Part shown: positions 58,172 to 64,000 of the stretch, one piece after another
Layout of the letters: every line of letters starts with the position of its first letter
How positions within the stretch are numbered: the first letter of the stretch is position 1
Source: Candidatus Omnitrophota bacterium
Lineage (GTDB): Bacteria > Omnitrophota > Gorgyraeia > B26-G9
Length of the DNA stretch: 64,000 nucleotides
Assembly (NCBI GenBank): GCA_018817165.1
Contig: JAHITY010000114.1
Span: forward strand, 17,721 to 81,720
Reading direction: 5' to 3'
Notes under the pieces: model-generated
Seen by the model: only the letters and a program-made list of their open reading frames with translations
Told to the model about the DNA's origin: nothing
The model's database searches: none
Position numbers and translations under genes: made by a program

Positions 58172-59563
58172 ATGTTTACAATTCAAGAAATAATCGATAT
58201 TTGCAAAGGGATTCTGATAAACCAGAATGCCGATAATAGTGTGATTGTTCAGGGTGTATCAATTGATTCTCGGACGATAAAAACTAATGATCTGTTTATC
58301 GCGGTTCGCGGGGATAATTTTGATGGACATGATTATCTTGTTTGTGCAATAGAAAAAGGCGCGGCCGCAGTTATTGTTGAAAGTCTCTGGGCTGAAAAAA
58401 ATGAGGATATTTTAAGCAAACTAAACAGTCCGATCATTGCCGTGGAAAACACAATTGCGGCTTTAGCTTATCTGGCCAAGCAGCATCGAAAAAAGTTTTC
58501 TCTTCCAGTTATTGCGGTAACTGGATCGAATGGAAAAACAACGACAAAAGAAATGATTGCCTGTGTCTTAGAGGCGAAATATAAGGTATTAAAAAGTAAA
58601 GCTTCATTTAATAATCATATTGGTGTGCCGCTTACTTTGCTTGAACTTGATTCAAGTCATCAGGTTGCGGTGATTGAAATCGGGATGAATCATAAAGGTG
58701 AAATTAGAGGCCTGGCCGCGATTGCTTGTCCGGATATCGCAGTGATTACTAATGCGGCAAACGCGCATCTTGAGTTTTTTAACAGCATTTCTGATATAAT
58801 AGAGGCAAAATGCGAATTGCTTGAGTCGCTGTCAACCAAGAGCTTCGCGATTATAAATGCGGATTGTAAGCCGTTGTATGCCAGAGCTCATGATTTTTGC
58901 ATTGACCTTAGGGGGTTTGGGATAAAAAGTGTGTGTGCTTATCAAGGATCAAATATTGTTACTCATTCCGATGGAATCGCGTTTACGGTTAATGGAAAAT
59001 ATACTTTCCGGCTGAATGTTTTAGGCGAACATAATGTTTATAATGCCTTAGCGGCAATCGCGATTGCTCAGAATTTTGAGATTGATTACAATCAGATTAG
59101 AGAACAATTGGCGAAATTTAAACCAGTATCCCTGCGCATGCAGATAATCAAGTTTCCGGGCGCGGATATTATTGCCGATTGTTATAATGCCAATCCTGAT
59201 TCTACAATGGCGGCAATAAATACTTTGCGAGCAATCCAATCAAAAGCCAAAAAAATATTTGTTTTTGGCGATATGCTGGAATTAGGTAAATTTAGCAATC
59301 AAGCGCATCAGCAAATTGGAAAACTAGTCGCGGAAAGTTCAATATCTAAACTTATTACTGTTGGCGAAAAGTCTCAATTAGCAGCTGTGGGCGCGACAGA
59401 GCAGGGGATGAATAAACAAGATGTTTATCAGTGCCAGAACGTTGAACAGGCAGCCGCTGTTTTGAAAAAAATAATAAGTCAGGATGATGTTATCTTGCTC
59501 AAAGGATCAAGAGGCATGCATCTTGAAAAAATAATTGATTTTTTAAACAATAAGAAGAAATAA
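58172..59563 (+). CDS. murF: UDP-N-acetylmuramoyl-tripeptide--D-alanyl-D-alanine ligase MurF.
   Basis: VTGSNGKTTTKEM P-loop; Mur ligase architecture; gene order. Confidence 0.9.
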   Translation: MFTIQEIIDICKGILINQNADNSVIVQGVSIDSRTIKTNDLFIAVRGDNFDGHDYLVCAIEKGAAAVIVESLWAEKNEDILSKLNSPIIAVENTIAALAYLAKQHRKKFSLPVIAVTGSNGKTTTKEMIACVLEAKYKVLKSKASFNNHIGVPLTLLELDSSHQVAVIEIGMNHKGEIRGLAAIACPDIAVITNAANAHLEFFNSISDIIEAKCELLESLSTKSFAIINADCKPLYARAHDFCIDLRGFGIKSVCAYQGSNIVTHSDGIAFTVNGKYTFRLNVLGEHNVYNALAAIAIAQNFEIDYNQIREQLAKFKPVSLRMQIIKFPGADIIADCYNANPDSTMAAINTLRAIQSKAKKIFVFGDMLELGKFSNQAHQQIGKLVAESSISKLITVGEKSQLAAVGATEQGMNKQDVYQCQNVEQAAAVLKKIISQDDVILLKGSRGMHLEKIIDFLNNKKK

Positions 59564-59573
59564 GGGATATTTT

Positions 59574-60665
59574 ATGTTTTATCATTTTCTATATGCTTTA
59601 AAAGATGTGTTTTTTGGGTTCAATGTATTTAAGTATATAACATTTCGGATTGTTGCTTGCGCGATCACTGCATTTGTTCTTAGCATTTTTCTTGGCAAAA
59701 CCGTTATTAAAATGCTTAAAAAACTTAATGTCGGGGAATCAGTCCGTAAAACCAAGGACACGGCCTCATTGTATGAACATCATAAGAATAAAGAAGGCAC
59801 TCCGACCATGGGCGGAGTATTGATTATTTCAGTTATTGTTTTATCGGTTTTATTGTGGGCGGATTTATCGAATAAATATATTTGGCTGGCTTTATTGTCA
59901 ACTGTTTGGCTGGCAATAGTTGGATTTATTGACGACTACATAAAGCTTACCAGGAAAAAATCTCGGGGGCTGACTGCAGCTGTAAAGCTCGTCGGACAAA
60001 TGGTTTTGGGAATAATCATTGGAATATTATTGTATTATGATCCCAATGTGGGAGATAGATTAGATGTGCCTTTTTTTAAGAATCTAATTGTTCATCTTGG
60101 CGTTTTTTATGTATTCTTTTCTGCTTTGGTAATAATTGGAACTTCCAATGCGGTAAACCTTACCGATGGTTTAGATGGATTAGCCATTGGATGCGTTTTA
60201 ATAGTTGCTCTTACTTATTGCGGAATGAGTTATGTTACCGGACATTATGTGATCAGCAATTATCTTCAGATTATTTTTATGCCTCATGCCGGAGAATTAG
60301 CTGTGTTTTGCGCGGCGATTTTTGGCGCTGGATTGGGCTTCCTTTGGTTTAATTGTCATCCTGCAACTGTTTTTATGGGGGATACCGGATCTTTGGCTTT
60401 GGGCGGTGCTTTAGGAACAGTAGCAATATTGATCAAAAAAGAATTACTTTTGGTGATTGTCGGGGGTATCTTTGTTGCAGAAGCTTTATCAGTAATTATT
60501 CAGGTTGTATCTTTTAAAACACGTAAAAAAAGAGTTTTTCGGATGGCTCCATTGCATCATCATTATCAGTTAAAAGGCTGGCATGAGGCAAAAATAATAT
60601 TTCGTTTTTTAATTGTGGCGATTATCTTGGCGCTATTTAGTTTATCGACTTTGAAACTGAGGTAA
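59574..60665 (+). CDS. mraY: Phospho-N-acetylmuramoyl-pentapeptide transferase MraY.
   Basis: NAVNLTDGLDGLA and HHHYQL motifs; 10 TM helices. Confidence 0.9.
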   Translation: MFYHFLYALKDVFFGFNVFKYITFRIVACAITAFVLSIFLGKTVIKMLKKLNVGESVRKTKDTASLYEHHKNKEGTPTMGGVLIISVIVLSVLLWADLSNKYIWLALLSTVWLAIVGFIDDYIKLTRKKSRGLTAAVKLVGQMVLGIIIGILLYYDPNVGDRLDVPFFKNLIVHLGVFYVFFSALVIIGTSNAVNLTDGLDGLAIGCVLIVALTYCGMSYVTGHYVISNYLQIIFMPHAGELAVFCAAIFGAGLGFLWFNCHPATVFMGDTGSLALGGALGTVAILIKKELLLVIVGGIFVAEALSVIIQVVSFKTRKKRVFRMAPLHHHYQLKGWHEAKIIFRFLIVAIILALFSLSTLKLR

Positions 60666-60834
60666 ACTTATGGCTGATAGTCAATAGTCAATGGAAGGCA
60701 AAAATTCTCTTTTAGCGGCGCTTTCGAACGTAATTTTGACAGGGATGTCAAAATAGAGAGAACGCGCGGCTGAGACTGCACGATGCAGGCTCAGGCTTAG
60801 CGAAAAGATGTGTTTTTGCCTTGGATAAAGGCAA

Positions 60835-62226
60835 ATGTATACTATGAATAGAAACATTAAAAATAAAAAAATCGTGATTGTCGGCCTTAGCCGCTCGGGA
60901 TATGCCGCGGCTATTTTGGCGCTCAAGCAAAAAGCGATAGTTTATGTCAGTGAAAATTCTGACAATAAAACTTTACGGGAAAAAGCGAAAATTCTGATTA
61001 AAAAAAATGCTTTTGTGGAATTGGGTGGCCATAATTCAGAGTTTTTTAAAGACGCTGATTTTTTTATTACCAGCCCGGGAGTAAAAAATAATGCATTGCC
61101 GATTGTTTGGGCAAAGCAAAATAAAATAAAGATATACAGTGAAATAGAATTTGCTTCCTGGTTTTGTCCTGCTCCGATTATCGCGATAACTGGTAGCAAT
61201 GGCAAAACAACAGTGACTACTTTGCTGGGAAAGGTGCTTAAACAGGCTGGGAAAAAAGTTGTGGTTTGCGGAAATATCGGCAATCCCTTTAGCGGAGAAT
61301 TTCTTAAATTTAAAAAAGCTGATTTCATTGTTTTGGAAGTCAGTTCTTTTCAGCTGGAATATATTCAATGGCTTAAACCTAAGCTGAGCATTATTTTAAA
61401 TATCACTCAAAATCATTTTGATCATCATCACGATATGGCGGATTATGCCCAGGCTAAAGCCAGAATTCTCTTAAATCAGGATAAAACAGATTATACAGTT
61501 TTAAATGCTCAGGATAATCTTTTGCGTAAAATAGCGAAAAAAACAAACGCAAAGGTTTTGTTCTTTTCAAGGAATAAGAAAATCCCTCAGCTTGCGGATC
61601 AAGATATTAATTGTTACCTGGATAAAGAAAAGTTTATTATTCGGATCGGGAAAAATAGTAAATTTGCTTTTGCATTGAATGATCTTAAAATTAAAGGTGA
61701 GCATAATCAAGAAAATGTGATGGCGGTGAGTTTGGCGGCAAAGGCTCTGGGAATAAACAATCAAGCGATTGCTGCTGTCTTGAGTAGATTTAAAGGGCTT
61801 GAGCATCGCTGTGAAAAAGTCGCGTCCATCAAGGGTATTTGTTTTGTTAATGATTCTAAATCAACCACAGTAGACGCGACGGATAAAGCCTTGTCTGTAT
61901 TTTTAGATAAATCAGTAATCCTGATCTGCGGCGGCAGGGATAAAGGCAGCAACTTTTCTGTATTAGAAAAAAAGATCAAACAAAAGGTTTTTTGCGTGAT
62001 TGCGATTGGTGAGGCTAAACCCATATTGATTTCTGCTTTTTCTCCGTATACTCAAGTCATAACCGCTGATTCTTTGAAACAAGCAGTGCAAATCGCTTTT
62101 AAACAAGCAAAATCCGGACAAAGTGTATTGCTTTCACCGATGTGTGCAAGCTTTGATATGTTTGACAATTTTGAGCATCGAGGGCAAGTTTTTAAACAAA
62201 TAGTACAAGGAATGATAAAAAAGTGA
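60835..62226 (+). CDS. murD: UDP-N-acetylmuramoylalanine--D-glutamate ligase MurD.
   Basis: ITGSNGKTTV P-loop; N-terminal Rossmann GLSRSG; gene order. Confidence 0.85.
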   Translation: MYTMNRNIKNKKIVIVGLSRSGYAAAILALKQKAIVYVSENSDNKTLREKAKILIKKNAFVELGGHNSEFFKDADFFITSPGVKNNALPIVWAKQNKIKIYSEIEFASWFCPAPIIAITGSNGKTTVTTLLGKVLKQAGKKVVVCGNIGNPFSGEFLKFKKADFIVLEVSSFQLEYIQWLKPKLSIILNITQNHFDHHHDMADYAQAKARILLNQDKTDYTVLNAQDNLLRKIAKKTNAKVLFFSRNKKIPQLADQDINCYLDKEKFIIRIGKNSKFAFALNDLKIKGEHNQENVMAVSLAAKALGINNQAIAAVLSRFKGLEHRCEKVASIKGICFVNDSKSTTVDATDKALSVFLDKSVILICGGRDKGSNFSVLEKKIKQKVFCVIAIGEAKPILISAFSPYTQVITADSLKQAVQIAFKQAKSGQSVLLSPMCASFDMFDNFEHRGQVFKQIVQGMIKK

Positions 62227-63317
62227 ACTTAAAACAATTAAGAATAAATTTAGCAGCAATAACCCTGATTCTCGTGTGTGTGGGAATTGTGATGATTTAT
62301 AGTGCTAGCGCGATTTATGCCCATGAGAATCTGGGTGATAGTGCCTATTTTCTCAAGCGTCATTTACTCTATGTTTTAATTGGATTCCTTGGTTGTTTGC
62401 TAGTTATGAGTATTGATTACCGCTTTTTTAAAAAAGCCGCAAAACCTTTGATCATAATTTCCTTTGGCTTGCTGCTATTGGTCCTTATTCCTGGTATTGG
62501 GAAAGAGGTGGGAGGTGCGCGCCGCTGGTTTCGTTTTTTTGGCATAAGCTTTCAACCTTCAGAGTTTGCTAAATTTGCGATGATTGTTTACACTGCCGAA
62601 TTTTTAAGCCGCAAGAAATCAATGGTTACTTCTTTTTTTAAGGGTTTTCTTCCTGTTTTCATGGTTCTGGGCGCGATGTGCCTATTAGTCATTGTCCAAC
62701 CTGATTTAGGAACTGTTTTAGCAATGAGCAGCATTTGTTTTATTATGTTTTTTGTTGGCGGCGTACGTTTGGCGCATATAATTTCTTTTGTGCTTTTATC
62801 TTTGCCAGGTTTGTATTTTTTGGTATTTAGTGTGCCGTATCGACGGAGAAGAATTCTTGCTTTTATTGATCCTTGGGCTGATCCGCAAGGCAATGGATTT
62901 CAAATAATTCAATCATTGGTTGCTTTAGGTTCAGGAGGGGTTAATGGCGTGGGCTTAGGTCAAGGTAAGCAAAAACTATTATATTTGCCGGCAGCCTATA
63001 CGGACTTTATTTTTTCAATTATCGGCGAGGAGCTGGGGTTTATTGGCACTGCTTCCATTGTTATTTTATTTGCTTTGTTTTTAATCCAAGCCACAAAAAT
63101 ATGCTTAAAAGCCAGTGATTCATTTGGTCAGTATTTATCTTTTGGCCTTATTTCCTGTCTGGTTATTGAAGCAATTGTTAATATGGGAGTAGTTACCAGT
63201 CTTTTACCAACCAAGGGATTGCCGTTTCCTTTTATCAGCTATGGAGGCACATCCTTGGTTTTTAATATGGTTTATGTTGGCATAATCTTGAATGTCGGCA
63301 GGGTAAGGACTAAGTAG
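62223..63317 (+). CDS. ftsW: SEDS-family peptidoglycan glycosyltransferase FtsW.
   Basis: 10-TM SEDS pattern; GGARRWFRFFGISFQPSEFAKFA; GTG start overlapping the murD stop. Confidence 0.85.
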   Translation: MNLKQLRINLAAITLILVCVGIVMIYSASAIYAHENLGDSAYFLKRHLLYVLIGFLGCLLVMSIDYRFFKKAAKPLIIISFGLLLLVLIPGIGKEVGGARRWFRFFGISFQPSEFAKFAMIVYTAEFLSRKKSMVTSFFKGFLPVFMVLGAMCLLVIVQPDLGTVLAMSSICFIMFFVGGVRLAHIISFVLLSLPGLYFLVFSVPYRRRRILAFIDPWADPQGNGFQIIQSLVALGSGGVNGVGLGQGKQKLLYLPAAYTDFIFSIIGEELGFIGTASIVILFALFLIQATKICLKASDSFGQYLSFGLISCLVIEAIVNMGVVTSLLPTKGLPFPFISYGGTSLVFNMVYVGIILNVGRVRTK

Positions 63318-63451
63318 GGGCGGCTGGCTGGCCGCCCGGTATATTACGTTGAATTGAAATAATGTAATATGAATGATTGGTATGTCAATATATTGATTAA
63401 ATTTTATTTTTATATTATGATTAACGGGCCGATGGCCATCGGCCCCTACTA
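63312..63451. repeat. Hairpin element with terminal inverted repeats (copy 3), in inverted orientation relative to 52340..52451.
   Basis: 5' hairpin gggcggc-tggctg-gccgccc is the reverse complement of the 3' hairpin of copy 2. 3' hairpin gggccga-tggcca-tcggccc then CCCCTACTA. The ftsW TAG stop lies inside the left TIR. Confidence 0.55.
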
Positions 63452-63468
63452 TTGACCAGAAAGGTCTC

Positions 63469-64000
63469 ATGAAGATTTTGATTTGCGCTGCTGGATCTGG
63501 GGGGCATATTTACCCAGCGCTTAGCCTTGCCCAATCATTACAAGCCGCGGATAAAAATATTAAAATACTTTTTTTATCTAATAAAAAAGCCATTAGTAAG
63601 AATATTTTTGAAAAAATAGACTATAAAGTATTTACCGCGGACTTTATTTCTCCTTATACAGCTAAACAAACAAATCCGTTTAAATTCTTCTTGAAGAATT
63701 TGGGTTTTCTGCTAAAATTTAGTACAGAGGCTATAAAAGTATTTTTTTTAATTATCCAGATAAAGCCGGATGTGGTTATTGGTTTTGGCGGGATTATAAG
63801 TATTGCGGCGATTAGCTTTGCTCGATTGATCGGGATTCCCACGCTTATTCATGAACAAAATATAGTTCCTGGAATTGCGAATAAGCTGATAAGCGTTTAT
63901 GCTACAAAAGTAGCGGTTGGTTTTAAACAAAGCAGTAAATATTTTAAACGTGATTCGGTGTTTACCGGTAATCCGATTCGCCAGGATTTTGAAAAAATAG
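63469..64000 (+). CDS. murG: MurG, UDP-GlcNAc:undecaprenyl-PP-MurNAc-pentapeptide GlcNAc transferase (5' part; continues beyond the window).
   Basis: MKILICAAGSGGHIYPALSLAQSL (G-rich loop GGTGGHxxPA-like); no stop before the window end; position after ftsW. Confidence 0.8.
   Translation, partial: MKILICAAGSGGHIYPALSLAQSLQAADKNIKILFLSNKKAISKNIFEKIDYKVFTADFISPYTAKQTNPFKFFLKNLGFLLKFSTEAIKVFFLIIQIKPDVVIGFGGIISIAAISFARLIGIPTLIHEQNIVPGIANKLISVYATKVAVGFKQSSKYFKRDSVFTGNPIRQDFEKI

Noticed and set aside
1234-63930. About 45 short (60-128 aa) antisense or overlapping ORFs in the six-frame track that lie inside longer genes, e.g. 1234..1452(-), 3240..3488(-), 5551..5996(-), 37839..38219(-), 60942..61368(-), 62588..62893(-).
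   Set aside because: They are fully embedded in or antisense to long ORFs with clear domain signatures, have no Shine-Dalgarno support and are low-complexity. I treat them as spurious frames.
1-64000. CRISPR array, integrase/transposase or prophage content.
   Set aside because: No regularly spaced direct repeats with unique spacers. No ORF has recombinase or transposase motifs (DDE, tyrosine recombinase R..H..Y). The repeats present are short intergenic hairpin or REP-like elements.

Overview
This is a low-GC (~30%) bacterial window from an uncultivated-type genome. Non-ATG starts are common and the intergenic regions carry GC-rich hairpin repeats. It has two parts.

Part 1 (1..~52340) is a large cell-envelope glycan biosynthesis island with an extreme density of radical SAM enzymes. 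Nine are B12-binding (class B) radical SAM proteins and five are radical SAM/SPASM proteins. They are interleaved with seven multi-pass GT-C (ArnT/PMT-like) glycosyltransferases, two GT1 and four GT2 glycosyltransferases (one GtrB-like polyprenol-phosphate sugar synthase), two CBM-like membrane-anchored proteins, a NodU/CmcH carbamoyltransferase, a DegT aminotransferase, an AsnB-type amidotransferase, a SAM methyltransferase, an SDR epimerase, an SGNH hydrolase, a Tat-signal DUF362-like protein, and an O-antigen-ligase/TPR fusion. There is no fatty-acid, NRPS/PKS or obvious RiPP precursor context. The most plausible reading is an extracytoplasmically assembled polysaccharide or glycoconjugate that is heavily tailored by radical SAM chemistry. 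I regard this as the candidate novel system.

Part 2 (52708..64000) is a canonical dcw cluster: mraZ-rsmH-ftsL-ftsI-murE-murF-mraY-murD-ftsW-murG(partial). It is unusually interrupted by structured repeat elements: direct repeats bracket murE, and a hairpin element with terminal inverted repeats sits at each end.

The window also holds several families of intergenic repeats, a truncated GT2 pseudogene, and two short candidate peptide ORFs next to radical SAM genes. I found no rRNA, tRNA, CRISPR array, transposase or integrase.
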